From Mustelus asterias (Eukaryota), in NCBI RefSeq assembly GCF_964213995.1, contig NC_135830.1, forward strand, positions 12,710,001 through 12,774,000: 64,000 nt of DNA. Direction: 5' to 3'. A program made the translations under genes and the position numbers. The notes under the pieces were generated by a model. The model was given only the letters and a program-made list of their open reading frames with translations. It made no database searches and was not told the DNA's origin. Below, in pieces: positions 14,201-28,353 of this stretch; the first letter of the stretch is position 1, and every line of letters starts with the position of its first letter.

Positions 14201-17200
14201 TGATCATTGGGGCGTTTGTCAGTATTTACGGTGAACATTGGGGAGTGTGTCAGTGTTTAGAGTGATCATTGGGGCGTGTGTCAATCTTTGCAGTGAGCAT
14301 TAGGAAATGTCTCAGAATGTACAGTGATCATTGGGGAGTTTGTCAGTATTTACGGTGATCATTGGGGAGTGTTTCAGTATTTACCCTGATCATTGGGGAG
14401 TGTGTCACTGTTTACAGTAATCATTGGGGAGTGTGTCAGTATTCACATCGATCATTAATGAGTGTGTCAGTATTTACTTTGAACATTGGGGTGTGTCAGT
14501 GTTTTCAATTCTCATTGGGGAGTGTGTAAGTATTTACAGTGATCATTGGGGAATGTGTCTGTATTTCCTGTGATCATAGGGGCGTGTGTCAATATTTACG
14601 GAGATCATTCGCTAGTGTGTCATTACCTCCAGTGATCACTGGGGATTGTTTCAGTATTTCAAGTGATCATTGGGGAGTGCGTCAGTATTTACAGTGATAA
14701 TTGGGGAGTGTGTCAGTATTTACAGTGATCATTGGGTAGAGTGCTGTTATTTACAATGATCATTGGGGAGTCTGTCAGTATTTACAGTGTTCATTGGGGA
14801 GTGTGTCTGCATTTCCAGTGACAATTGGGGAGTTTGTCTCTATTTAAAATGACCATTGGTGACTGTCAGTATTTACAGTGATCATTGTGGAGTTTGCCAG
14901 TATTTCCAGGGATCATTGGGTAGCGTATCACAGATCATTGGTAAGTGGGTCAATTTTTCCCATGATCAATGGGGAGTGTGGCATAATCTAGAGTGATCAT
15001 TGGGGTGTGTGTCTTTATTTACAGTGATCATTGGGGAGTGTGTCTGTACTTACAATGAACATTGGGGAGTGTGTCAGTATTTACAGTGGTCATTGCGGAT
15101 TGTGTCAATTATTACAGTGATAATTGAGGATTGAGTCAATATTTACAGTGATCATTTGGGAGTGTGTCTGTACTTACAGTGATCATTGGCGATTGTGATA
15201 ATTATGACAGTGACCATTGGGGAGTATGGCACTATTTGGAATGCACATTGGGCAGTGCGTCCGTAATTACAGTGATCATTGGGGAGAGTCTCAGTATTTA
15301 TAGTGGTCATTGGTGAGTGTGTCAATATTTATAGTGATCATTCAGGAGAGTTTAGTACTTACATTCCAATGATCACTAAATACTACACTCTGCGCAATGA
15401 TCACTGTAAGTATTAACAATCTCACCAATGACCACTGTGAAGACAGACACACTACCAAATCATCATTGTATCAGTACTTACAGTGATCATTGGGGAGTGT
15501 GTCAACATTTACAGTGATCATTGGGGAGTGTGTCAGTATTTCCAGTGATCATTGGGGAGTGTATCAACATTTACAGTGATCATTGGGGAGTGTGTCAGTA
15601 TTTACAGTGATCATTGGGGAGTGTGTCAATGTTTACAGTGAGCATTGGGAATGTCTCAGTATTTACAGTGATCATTGGGGAATTTGTCTGTATTTACGGT
15701 GATCATTGATGAGTGTGTCAGTATTTACATTGAACATTGGGGTGTGTCACTATTTACAGTGCTCACTGGGGAGTGTGTCAGTGTTTACAATGATCAGTGG
15801 GGAGTGTGTAAGTAATTACAGTGCTCACTGGGGAGTGTGTCAGTTTTTACAGTGATCATTGGGGAGTGTGTCAGTTTTGACATCGTTCATTGATGAGCGT
15901 GTCAGTATTTCCTTTGAAAGTTTGGGTGTGTCGGTATTTCCAGTGCTCACTCGGGAGTGTGTCAGTGTTTGCAATTCTCATTGGGGAGTGTGTAAGTATT
16001 TACAGTGCTCACTGGGGAGTGTGTCAGTTTTTACAGCGATCATTGGGGAGTGTGTCTGTATTTGCTGTGATCATTGGCGAGTGTGTCAATATTTACAGAG
16101 ATCATTGGGTAGTGTGTCAGTACTTCAAGTGATCACTGGGGAGTGTTTCAGTATTTCAAGTGATCATTGGGGAGTCTGTCAGTATTTTCAGTGATCATTG
16201 GGGAGTGTGTCGGTATTTACAGAGATCATTGGGCAATGTGTCAGGATATGCAGTGATCATTGGGGAGTGTGTCAGTATTTACAGTGATCATTGGGGAGTG
16301 TGTCAGTATTTACAGTGATCATTGGGCAGTATGTCACTATTTTCAGTGATCATTGGGGAGTATGTCAGTATTTACAGTGGTCATTGGGGAGTGTGTCAGT
16401 ATTTACAGTGATCATTGGGCAGTATGTCACTATTTTCAGTGATCATTGGGGAGTGTGCCAGTATTTACAGTGGTCAGTTGGGGATCTTTCTGTATTTCCA
16501 ATGATCCTTCGGGAGTGTGTCAGTATTTACAGTGATAATTGGGGAGAGTGTCAGTATTTACAGTGATCATTGGGGAGTGCGTCAGTATTTACTGGGGATT
16601 GTGATAATTATTACAGTGATCATTGGGGAGTGTGGCAGTATTTGGAATGCACATTGGGGAGTGTGTCCGTAATTACAGTGATCATTGGGGAGAGTGTCAG
16701 TATTTACAGTGATCTTTGGGCAGTGTGTCTGTATCTTCATTGATCATTTTGGTATGTGTCAGTATTTACAGTGATCATTGGGGAGTGTGTCAGTTTTTAC
16801 AGTAATCTTTGTGCAGTGTGTCAGTATTTTCAGTGATCATTGTGGAATGTCTCAGTCTTTACAGTGATCATTTGGGAGTTTGTCAGTCTTTACAGTGATC
16901 ATTGGGGAGTGTGTTATTATTTAGAGTAATCATTGGGGAGTGTGTCTGTATTTACAGTGATCATTGGGGAGTTTGTCAGTCTTTACAGTGATCATTGGGG
17001 AGTGTGTTATTATTTAGAGTAATCATTGGGGAGTGTGTCTGTATTTACAGTGATCATTGGGGAGTTTTTCAGTATTTACAGTGATGATTGGGGAGTGCGT
17101 CAGTATTTACAGCGTTCATTGCTGATTGCGTCTGTATTTCCAGTGACCATTGGTGTGTGTGTCTCTATTTACAGTGACCGTTGGGGAGTGTGTTTGTATT

Positions 17201-20200
17201 TACAGTGACAATTGGGGAGTGTGTCTCTATTTAAAGTGACCATTGGTGATTGTATCAGTATTTACAGTGATCATTGGGAACTGTGTCTGTATTTACAGTG
17301 ATCACTGGTGTGTGTGTCATGATTTACTGTGATCATTAAGGAGTTTGTCAGTATTTCCAGGGATCATTGGGGAGTGTATCAGCATTTACAGAGATGATTG
17401 GTGAGTGTGTCAATTGTTACTGTGATCATTGGGGAGTGTGGCATGACATAAAGTGGTCGTTTGGGAATGCGTCATTATTTACAGTGATCATTGGAGAGTG
17501 TGTCTGGATTTACAATGATCATTGGGGAGTGCGTTAGGATTTACAATGTTCACTGGGGATTGTGTCAATTATTACAATGATAATTGGGGAGTGAGTCAGT
17601 ATTTACAATGATCATTGGGGAGTGTGTGTGTACTTACAGTGATCATTGGAGATTGTGTCAATTATTGTAGTGATCATTGGGGCGTGTGTCTGTACTTACA
17701 GTGATCATTGGGGACTGTGTCAATTATTACAGTGACTCTTTGGGAGAGTGTCAATATTTGCAGTTATCATTGGGGAGAGTGTACTATTTACACTCCAATG
17801 ACACTGAAAATATTACACACTCCGCTATGATCACTGTAAATATTGACACACTCACCAATGCCCACTGTAAAGACAGACACACTACCCAATGTTCACTGTA
17901 TCAGTATTTAGAGTGATCATTGGGGAATGTGTCAGTATTTACAGTGATCATTGGGGAGTGTGTCAATATTTACAGTGATCATTGGGGAGTGTGTCAATAT
18001 TTACAGTGATCATTGTGGAATGTGTCTATATTTACAATGGTCACTGGGGATTGTCTCAATTATTACAGTGATAATTGGGGAGTGAGTCAGGATTTACAGT
18101 GATCATTGGTGAGTGTGTAAGTATTTACAGTGAGCATTGGGGTGTGTCAGTAGTTCCAGTGCTCACTGGGTTGTGTGTAAGTATTTACAATAATCATTGG
18201 GGGGGGGGGGGGGGGTGTCAGTATTTCCAGTGTTCATTGGGGAGTGTGTCTGCATTTACATTGACAATTGGGGAGTGTGTCTCTATTTAAAATGACCATT
18301 GGTGACTGTGTCAGTATTTACAGTGATCATTGGGGAGTGTGTCCGTATTTTCGGTGATCATTGAACAGTGTGTCAGAATTTACAGTGATCATTGGGGAGT
18401 GTGTCAGTATTTACAGTGATCCTTGGGGAGTGTGTCAGTATTTCCAGTGATCCTTGGGGAGTGTGTCAGTATTCACAGTGATCCTTGGGGAGTGTGTCAG
18501 TATTTCCAGTGATCCTTGGTGAGTGTGTCAGTATTTCCAGTGATCCTTGGGGAGTGTGTCAGTATTTCCAGTGATCCTTGGGGAATGTGTCAGTATTTCC
18601 AGTGATCCTTGGGGAGTGTGTCAGTATTTCCAGTGATCCTTGGGCAGTGTGTTAGTATTTCCAGTGATCCTTGGGGAGTGTGTCATTGTTTACAATGATC
18701 ATTGGGGAATGTGTCAGAATTTACAGTGATCGTTGGGGAGTCTCTCAGTATTTACAGTGATCCTTGGGGAGTGTGTCAGTATTTACAGTGATTCTTGGGG
18801 AGTGATGTCAATTGTTCCAGTAATCCTTGCGGAGTTAGTCAGTATTTCCAAGTGATCATAGAGGAGTGCGTCATAATTTGCAGTGATCATTGCGGAGTGC
18901 CTCAGTATTTCCAATGATCATAGGGAGGGATTTCAGTACTTAGAGTGATCATTGGGCATTGTGTCAGTATTGACAGTGATAACTGGGGACTGTGTCTGTA
19001 TATACAGTGATCACTGGAGAGTGTGTCAGTATTGACATTGATCATTGGGCAGTGTGTCAGAATTTACAATGATCATTGGGGAGTATGTCAATATTTACTG
19101 TTTTCATTGGGGAGTGTGTCAGTATTTACAGTGATCATTGGGCAGCGCTGCAGTATTTACAGTGATCATTGGGGAGAGTGTCAGTATTTACAGTGGTCTT
19201 TGCGGAGTGTATCTGTATTTCCAGTGATCCTTCGGCAGTGTCTCAGTATTTACAGTGATCACTGGGAAGTGTGTCCGTATTTGCAGTGATCATTGGTGAG
19301 TGTGTCATTATTTACAGTGACCATTGAGGTGTGTCAGTATTTACTGTGCTCATTGGGGGTTGTGTGAGTTTATACAATGATCATTGGGGAGTGTGTCAGT
19401 ATTTACAATGATAAGTGGGGTGCGTGTCTGTATTTCCTGTGATAATTTATGGAGTGTGTCAGTATTTACAGAGATCACTGGGGAGTGTGTCATTCCTTCC
19501 AGTGATCACTGGGGAGTTTTTCAGTATTTACAGTGATCTTTGGAGAGTGTGTCAGTATTTACAGTGATGATTGGGCAGTATGTCACTATTTACAGTGATC
19601 ATTGGGGAGTGTGTCAGTATTTACAGTGATCATTGGGGAGTGTGTGAGTATTTACAGTGATCATTGGGGAGTGTGTCAGTATTTACAGTGATCATTGGGG
19701 AGTGTTGTCAATTTTTCCAGTAATCCTTGCGGAGATAGTCAGTATTTCCAAGTGATGAGTGAGGACTGCGTGATACTTTACAGTGATCATTGCGGATTGC
19801 CTCAGTATTTCCAATGATCATTGGGAGGGATTTCAGTACTTAGAGTGATCATTGGGGAGTATGTCAGTATTTACAGTGACCATTGCGGAGTTTGTCAGTA
19901 TTGACAGTGATCACTGGGGACTGTGTCTATATATGCAGTGATCACTGGGGAGTGTGTCAGTATTTACATTGAACATTGGGCAGTGTGTCGGTATTGACAG
20001 TGATCATTAGGGAGTTTGTCATTATTTACAGTGATCATTGGGGAGTGTGTCAGTACTTACAGTGATTATTGGGCAGCGCTTCAGTATTTACAGTGACCAT
20101 TGGGGAGTGTGTCAGTATTTTCAATGATCACTGGGGAGTGTGTCTGTGTTTACAGTGATCATTGGGGAGTGTGTCAGTATTTCCAGTGATTATTGGGGAG

Positions 20201-20410
20201 TCTGTCAATATTTTCAATGATCATTGGGGAGAGTGTCAGTATTTCCAGTTGTCATTGCGGAGTGTGGCAGTATTTCCAGTGATCCGTCGGGCGTGTCTTA
20301 GTATTTCCTGTGATTCTTCGGGAGTGTCTCAGTATTTACAGTGATCATTGGGGAGTGTGGCAGTATTTACAGTGATCATTGGGCAATGTGTCTGTATTGA
20401 CAGTGACAGT

Positions 20411-21828
20411 TTAAGAAAGGGAATAGAAATGACCCTGGTAATTATAGACCGGTTAGTCTGACTTCGGTGGTTGGTAAATTGATGGAAAAGGTCCTTAGGG
20501 ATGGGATTTACGACCATTTAGAAAGATGCGGATTAATCCGGGATAGTCAGCACGGATTTGTGAAGGGCAAATCGTGCCTCACAAATTTGATAGAATTTTT
20601 TGAGGAGGTAACTAGGTGTGTTGATGAAGGTAGGGCGGTTGATGTCATATACATGGATTTTAGTAAGGCGTTTGATAAGGTCCCCCATGGTCGGCTTATG
20701 ATGAAAGTAAGGAGGTGTGGGATAGAGGGAAAGTTGGCCGATTGGATAGGTAACTGGCTATCTGATCGAAGACAGAGGGTGGTGGTGGATGGAAAATTTT
20801 CGGACTGGAGGCAGGTTGCTAGCGGAGTGCCGCAGGGATCGGTGCTTGGTCCTCTGCTCTTTGTGATTTTTATTAATGACTTAGAGGAGGGGGCTGAAGG
20901 GTGGATCAGTAAATTTGCTGATGACACCAAGATTGGTGGAGTAGTGGATGAGGTGGAGGGCTGTTGTAGGCTGCAAAGAGACATAGATAGGATGCAAAGC
21001 TGGGCTGAAAAATGGCAAATGGAGTTTAACCCTGATAAATGTGAGGTGATTCATTTTGGTAGGACTAATTTAAATGTGGATTACAGGGTCAAAGGTAGGG
21101 TTCTGAAGACTGTGGAGGTACAGAGAGATCTTAGGGTCCATATCCACAGATCTCTAAAGGTTGCCACTCAAGTGGATAGAGCTGTGAAGAAGGCATATAG
21201 TGTGTTAGCTTTTATTAACAGGGGGTTGGAGTTTAAGAGCCGTGGGGTTATGCTGCAACTATACAGGACCTTGGTGAGACCGCATTTGGAATATTGCGTG
21301 CAGTTCTGGTCACCTCACTATAAGAAGGATGTGGAAGCGCTGGAAAGAGTGCAGAGAAGATTTACCAGGATGCTGCCTGGTTTGGAGTGTCGGTCTTATG
21401 AGGAAAGGTTGAGGGAGCTAGGGCTGTTCTCTCTGGAGCGGAGGAGATTGAGGGGAGACTTAATAGAGGTTTATAAAATGATGAAGGGGATAGATCGAGT
21501 GAACGTTCAAAGACTATTTCCTCGGGTGGATGGAGCTATTACAAGGGGGCATAACTATAGGGTTCATGGTGGGAGATATAGGAAGGATATCAGAGGTAGG
21601 TTCTTCACGCAGAGAGTGGTTGGGGTGTGGAATGGACTGCCTGCAGTGATAGTGGAGTCAGACACTTTAGGAACATTTAAGCGGTTATTGGAAACGCACA
21701 TGGAGCACACCAGGATGGTAGGGAGTGGGATAGCTTGATCTTGGTTTCAGATGAAGGTCGGCACAACATCGTGGGCCGAAGGGCCTGTTCTGTGCTGTAA
21801 TGTTCTATGTTCTATGTTCTATGTTCTA
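20411..21828 (+). mobile_element. 5'-truncated young CR1 LINE; RT domain and C-terminus open (ORF 20467-21738)
   Basis: RT motifs QHGF, YMDFSKAFD, GVPQGSVLGP, KFADD; (TTCTATG)n 3' tail. Confidence 0.95.
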
Positions 21829-22436
21829 TCACTGGGGAGTGTGTCAGTTTTTACAGTGACCATTTGGAAGTGTGTCAGTATTTACAATGATCATTGAGGA
21901 ATGTGTCAGCATTTACAGTGTTCATTGGTGAGTGTGTCTGTATTTACAGTGACCATTGGGGAGTGTGTCGGTATTTACAGTGAACATTGGTAATTGTATC
22001 AGTATTCACAGTGATTATTGGGAAGTGTGTCTGTGTTTGCAGTGATCACTGAGGAGTGTGTCAGTATTTTCATTGATCATTGGGAAATGAGTCCAATTTA
22101 CAGTGATGATTGAGGAGTGTGCTGTGCTTACAATGATTATTGAGGACTGTGCCACTATTTATAGTGAACCTTGGGGCTTGTGTTACTATTTCGAGTGATC
22201 CTGAGCGACTCTGTCATTTTTTAGGGTGATTCTTGTGGATTGTGACACTATTTACAATCAAACTCACGTATTGTGTCAGTGTTTACAGTGATCCTTGCAG
22301 ATTGCGTCATTATTAACTTTGATCCATGGGGATTGTGTCACTATTTAACTTGATTCTTGGGGAATGTGTCATTATTTAATCTAATCCTTGGGGACTAATG
22401 TCAATATTTAGAGTGATCCTTGGGAATCGTGTCACT
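21829..22436. repeat. Degenerate continuation of the 31-bp satellite, shifting toward the GATCCTT/GATTG variant
   Basis: Units recognisable but increasingly diverged. Confidence 0.85.
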
Positions 22437-23283
22437 CTTACAGCAGGATATAGGTAGGCTGGAAAATTGTGCGGAGAGGTGGCAGATGGAATTTAATCCG
22501 GATGACTGTGAAATGATGCCTTTTGGAAGAAATAATGTAGGGAGGAGTTATACAATAAATGGCAGAGTCATCAAGAGTATAGAAACACAGAGGGACCTCG
22601 GTGTGCAAGTCCACAAATCCTTGAAGGTGGCAGCACAGGTGGAGAAGGTGGTGAAGAAGGCATATGGTATGCTTGCCTTTATAGGATGGGGTATAGAGTA
22701 TCAAAGCTGGAGTCTGATGATGCAGCTGTATAGAACGCTGGTTAGGCCACATTTGGAGTACTGCGTCCAGTTCTGGTCACTGCACGGCCAGAAGGACGTG
22801 GAGGCGTCAGAGAGAGCGCAGAGAAGGTTTACCAGGATGTTGCCTGGTATGAAGGGTCTTAGCTATGAGGAGAGATTGGGTAATCTGGGGTTGTTCTCCC
22901 TGGAAAGACGGAGAATGAGGGGAGATCTAATAGAGGTGTACAAGATTATGAAGGGGATAGATCGGGGGAACGGTGGGAAGCTTTTCGCCAGATCAGAAGT
23001 GACGATCACGAGGGGTCACGGGCTCAAGGTGAGAGGGGCGAAGTATAACTCAGATATTAAAGGGATGTTTTTTACACAGAGGGTTTTGGGGACTGGAACG
23101 CGCTGCCAAGTAGGGTGGTGGAGGCAGGCACGCTGACATCGTTTGAGACTTACCTGGATAGTCACATGAGCAGCCTGGAAATGGAGGGATACAAACGATT
23201 GGTCTAGTTGCACAAAGGAGCGGCATAGGCTTGGAGGGCCAAAGGGAGTATTTCCTGTGCTGTTGTGTTATTTGTTCTTTGTT
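22437..23283 (+). mobile_element. CR1 LINE 3' fragment, different subfamily with a TTGTTCT-type tail
   Basis: ORF 22420-23136 with WQMEFN, LVRPHLEYCVQFWS and RGDLIEVYK. Confidence 0.9.
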
Positions 23284-23348
23284 ATTTCGAGTGATCCTTG
23301 GGGATTGTGTCACGTTGTAGAATGATCCTTGGTGTTAGCGTGGTTATT

Positions 23349-26300
23349 TAGAACATAGAACAGTAGAGCATAGAACAGGCCCTTCGGCCCACGATGTTGT
23401 GCCGAGCTTTATCTGTAACCAAGATCAAGCTATCCCACTCCCTATCATCCTGGTGTGCTCCATGTGCCTATCCAATAACCGCTTAAATGTTCCTAAAGTG
23501 TCTGACTCCACTATCACTGCAGGCAGTCCATTCCATACCTCATTGACTCTCTGCGTAAAGAACCTACCTCTGATATCCTTCCTATATTTCCCACCATGAA
23601 CCCTATAGTTATGCCCCCTTGTAATAGCTCCATCCATCCGAGGAAATAGTCTTTGAACGTTCACTCTATCTATCCCCTTCATCATTTATAAACCTCTAAT
23701 AAGTCTCCCCTCAGCCTCCTCCGCTCCAGAGAGAACAGCCCTAGCTCCCTCAACCTTTCCTCATGAGACCGACCCTCCAAACGAGGCAGCATCCTGGTTA
23801 CTCTCCTCTGCACTCTTTCCAGCCCTTCCACATCCTTCTTATAGCGAGGTGACGAGAACTGCACATAATATTCCAAATGTGGTCTCACCAAGGTCCTGTG
23901 CAGTTGCAGCATAACCCCACGGCTCTTAAACTCCAACCCCCTGTTAATAAAAGCTAACACACTATAGGCCTGCTTCACAGCTCTATCCACTTGAGTGGCA
24001 ACCTTCAGAGATCTGTGGATATGGACCCCAATATCTCTCTGTTCCTACACAGTCTTCAGAACCCTACCTTTGACCCTGTAATCCACATTTAAATTAGTCC
24101 TATCAAAAAGAATCACCTCACATTTATCAGGGTTAAACTCCATTTGCCATTTTTCAGCCCAGCTTTGCATCCTATCTATGTCTCTTTGCAGCTTACAACA
24201 GCCCTCCACCTCATTCACTACTCCACCAATCTTGGTGTCATCAGCAAATTTACTGATCCACCCTTCAGCCCCCTCCTCTAAGTCATTAATAAAAATCACA
24301 AAGAGCAGAGGACCAAGCACTGATCCCTCTGGCACTCCGCTAGCAACCTGCCTGCAATCCGAAAATTTTCCATCCACCACCACCCTCTGTCCTCGTTCAG
24401 ATAGCCAGTTACCTATCCAATCTGCCAACTTTCCCTCTACCCCACACCTCCTTACTTTCATCATAAGCTGGCCACGGGGGACCTTATCAAATGCCTTACT
24501 AAAATCCATGGATATGACATCAACTGCCCTACCTTCATCAACACACTTAGTTACCTCATCAAAAAATTCAATCAAGTTTGTGAGGCACGACGTGCCCTTC
24601 ACGAATCCGTGTTGACTATCCCGGATTAATCCACATCTTTCTAAATGGTCGTAAATCCCATCCCTAAGGAACTTTTCCATCAATTTACCAACCACCGAAA
24701 TAAGACTAACCGGTCTATAATTACCAGGGTCATTTCTATTCCCTTTCTTAAACAGAGGAACAACATTCACCACTCTCCAGTCCTCTGGCACCATCCCCGT
24801 GGACAGTGAGGACCCAAAGATCAAAGCCAAAGGCTCTGCAATCTCATCCCTTGCCTCCCAAAGAATCCTAGGATACCTTTCATCAGGCCCAGGGGACTTA
24901 TCGACCTTCAGTTTATTCCAAACTGCCAGGACATCCTCCCTCCGAACAACTATTTCCTCCAGCCTATTAGCCTGTAACACCTTCTCTTCCTCAAAAACAT
25001 GGCCCCTCTCCTTGGTGAACACTGAAGAAAAGTATTCATTCATCACCGCGCCTATCTCTACTGACTCCATACACAAGTTCCCACGACTGTCCTTGACCGG
25101 CCCTAACCTCACCCTGGTCATTCTGTTATTCCGCACATAAGAGTAAAAAGCCTTGGGGTTTTCCTTGATCCGACCCGCCAAGGACTTCTCATGTCCCCTC
25201 CTCGTTCTCCTAAGCCCCTTTTTCAACTCATTCCTTGCTATCTTGTAACCCTCAATCGAGCCATTTGAACCTTGTTTCCTCATCCCTACATAAGCTTCCC
25301 TCTTCCTTTTCACAAGACATTCCACCTCTTTTGTGAACCATGGTTCCCTCACTCGGCCATTTCCTCCCTGCCTGACAGGGACATACCTATCAAGGACACC
25401 CAGTATTTGTTCCTTGAAAAAGTTCCACTTTTCATTAGTGCCTTTCCCTGACAGTTTCTGTTCCCATCTTATGCCCCCTAATTCTTGCCTAATCGCATCA
25501 TAATTACCTCTCCCCCAATTGTAAACCTTGCCCTGCCGTATGACCCTATCCCTCTCCATTTCAATAACAAAAGACACCGAATTGTGGTTACTATCTCCAA
25601 AGTGCTCTCACACAACCAAATCTAACAGTTGGCCCGGTTCATTTCCCAGTACCAAATCCAATGTGGCCTCACCTCTTGTCGGCCTATCCACACATTGTGT
25701 CAGGAAACCCTCCTGCACACACTGCACAAAAACTGCCCCATCCGAACTATTTGACCTATAAAGATTCCAATCAATATTTGGAAAGTTAAAGTCCCCCATG
25801 ACAACTACCCTGTGACCCCCACACATATCCATAATCTGCTTAGCAATTTCTTCCTCCACATCTCTATTACTATTTGGGGACCTATACTAAACTCCTAACA
25901 ACGTGACCGCCTCTTTCCTATTTCTAATTTCAGCCCATATTACCTCCGTGTGCAGATCCCCCTCGAAGTGCCTTTCCGCAGCCGTTCGACTATCCTTGAT
26001 TAACATTGCCACTCCTCCACCTCTTTTACCAGCTTCCCTACTCTTACTGAAACATCTATATCCCGGAACGTCCAACAACCATTCCTGTCCTTGTTCTACC
26101 CACGTCTCCGTAATGGCCACATCATCGTAGTCCCAAGTACCAATCCACGCCCCAAGTTCATCAACTTAGTTCCGGATGCTCCTTGCATTGAAGTAGGCAC
26201 ATTTCAACCCACCTTCCTGTCTACCAGTACCCACCCTTGACCTTGATAACTTCCCCAGTACCCCACCGCCCTCAACACTGACTTCTGGACTACAACTCCT

Positions 26301-27278
26301 TTTCCCACTCCCCTGACAAATTAGTTTAAACTCCCCTGAAGAGTCGTAGCAAATTTCCCTCCCAGGATATTGGTGCCCCTCTGGTTCAGGTGCACCCCAT
26401 CCTGTTTCTACAGGTCCCACCTTCTCCGGAATGTGTTCCAATTATCCATATGTCTGAAACCCTCCCTCCTACACCATCCCTGCAACCACATGTTTAACTG
26501 CACTCTCTCCCTGTTCCTCAACTCGCTATCACGTGGCACCGGTAACATACCAGAGATGACCACATGTTCTGTCTTGGCTCTCAGCTTCCAGCCCAGCTCC
26601 AGAAATTCCTGCTTTAAATCCCCGACCCTTCTCTAACCTATGTCGTTGCCACCAATGTGTTCCACGAATTGTGACTGTTTCCACTCCCCCTTTAGAATCC
26701 GGACGACACGGTCCGAGACGTCACGGACCCTGGCATCCGGCAGGCAACATACCATCCTCGAGTCTCTTTTCCTGCCACAGAACCTCCTATCAATCCCTCT
26801 AACTAACGAGTCCCCAATAACTATTGCCCTTCCGCTCTCCCCCTTACCCTTCCGAGCCACAGAGACGGACACAGTGCTGGAGATCCTCTCACTGCGGCTC
26901 ACCACTGGTCCGTCGTCCCCCTCAACCATATCCAAAGCGGAATACTTGTTGCTAAGGGGAACGACCACCGGGGATCCCTGCACTGACTGCTTCCTCCCAG
27001 CCCCTCTCACCGTCACCCATCTATTTTCATTCCTCGGAGTAACTGTATCCCTAAAGCTTCTGTCTATGGCCATCTCTGCGTCCCTAATGATCCTAAGTTC
27101 ATCCAACTCCAGCTCCAGTTCCCTAACACGGTTTTGGAGGAGCTGCAGATGAGTGCACTTCCCACAGGTGTAATCATCAGGGACACTGACGTCGTCCCTC
27201 ACCTCAAACATAGTGCAAGAGGAACATAGCACTGCCTGCACACCCATCCCCTCTAGATACCTTGCCAGTACCAGGTCG
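23349..27278 (-). mobile_element. Near-full-length CR1 LINE, disabled. ORF1 (~26321-27247) has zinc-finger/leucine-zipper and SGNH esterase parts; ORF2 (~23425-26170) has APE endonuclease and RT
   Basis: ORF1 CSSC..CGKC, LELELDEL, IGDSLVRG, premature stop at 26633-26635. ORF2 AITETW, MGDFN, RT motifs, several stops. Tail at the 23349 end. Confidence 0.95.
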
Positions 27279-27279
27279 C

Positions 27280-28353
27280 GTGATGCTTGGGGATTAATCA
27301 TTATTTAGAGTGATCATTGGGATTGTGTCTTTTTACAGTGATCTGTGGGCATTGTGTCATTATTGAGAGTGTTCCTTGGTGATTGCGATGTTATTCAGAG
27401 TGACACTTGGGGATTGTTTCACTATTTAGAGTGATACTTGGGGATTGTGTCATTATTTAGAATGATCCTTGGGGATTGTGTCACTGATTAGAGTGATCCT
27501 TGGGGATTGTGTCACTATTTAGAGTGATCCTTGGGGATTGTGTCATTATTTAGAATGCCCCTTGGGGTTGTGTCAGTATTTACAATGATCCATGGGAATT
27601 GAGTCATTAATAACAATAATCTATGGGGATTGTATCACGCTACAGAGTGATCCTTGTGGATTGTGTCACTATTAAAAGTAATCCTTGAGGATTGTGTCGC
27701 TTTTCAGCGTGATCGTTGGGGTATGTGTCACTATTTAGAGTGTTCTTTGGGGTTCGTGTAACTATGTGCAATGATCCTTGGGCATTGTGTCTTTATTTAG
27801 AGTGATCCTTGGGGATTGTGTCTCTATTTAGAGTGATCCTTGTGGATTGTGTCACTATTTAGAGTGATCCTTGGGGATTTTGTCAGTATTTAGAGTGATC
27901 TTTGGTGATTGTGTCACTATTTAGAGTGATCCTTGGGGATTGTGTCACTATTTAGAGTGATCCTTGAGGATTGTATTACTATTTAGAGTGATCCTTGGGG
28001 ATTGTGTCACTATCTAGAGTGATCCTTGAGGATTGTGTCACTATTTAGATTGATCCTTGGGGATTCTGTCACCAGTTATAGTGATCCTTGGGGACTGTGT
28101 CACTATTTAGAGTGATCCTTGGGGATTGTGTCAGTATTCGGAGTGATCTTTTGGGATTGTGACACTATTTAGATTGATCCTTGGGGATTCTGTCACCAGT
28201 TATAGTGATCCTTGGGGACTGTGTCACTATTTACAGTGATCCTTGGGGAGTGTGGCGCTATTTACAATGATCCTTGGGTATTGTGTAACTATTTGGAGTG
28301 ACTCTTGTGGATTGTGTCACTAATTAGTGCTTACCTTGCAGATTGTGTCACTA
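27280..28353. repeat. 31-bp satellite variant (GAGTGATCCTTGGGGATTGTGTCACTATTTA); distal end of the array
   Basis: Same period with fixed diagnostic substitutions. Confidence 0.92.

Larger units (their letters stand above)
1..20410. repeat. 31-bp tandem satellite array (consensus CAGTGATCATTGGGGAGTGTGTCAGTATTTA), interrupted by CR1 fragments
   Basis: The unit is read directly and repeats hundreds of times. The many 'GSVSVFTVIIGECVSIYSDHWG' ORFs are translations of it. Confidence 0.97.

Noticed and set aside
1-20410. Satellite as an Ig class-switch region
   Set aside because: Few AGCT motifs; the G-rich strand would be the template strand for the minus-strand Ig/NAR exons; it lies 3' of the TM exons rather than 5' of a CH exon.
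1-28353. 31-bp periodic repeat as a CRISPR array or repetitive protein gene
   Set aside because: No unique spacers and a vertebrate context. The period is not a multiple of 3 and frequent stops make the ORFs artefacts.
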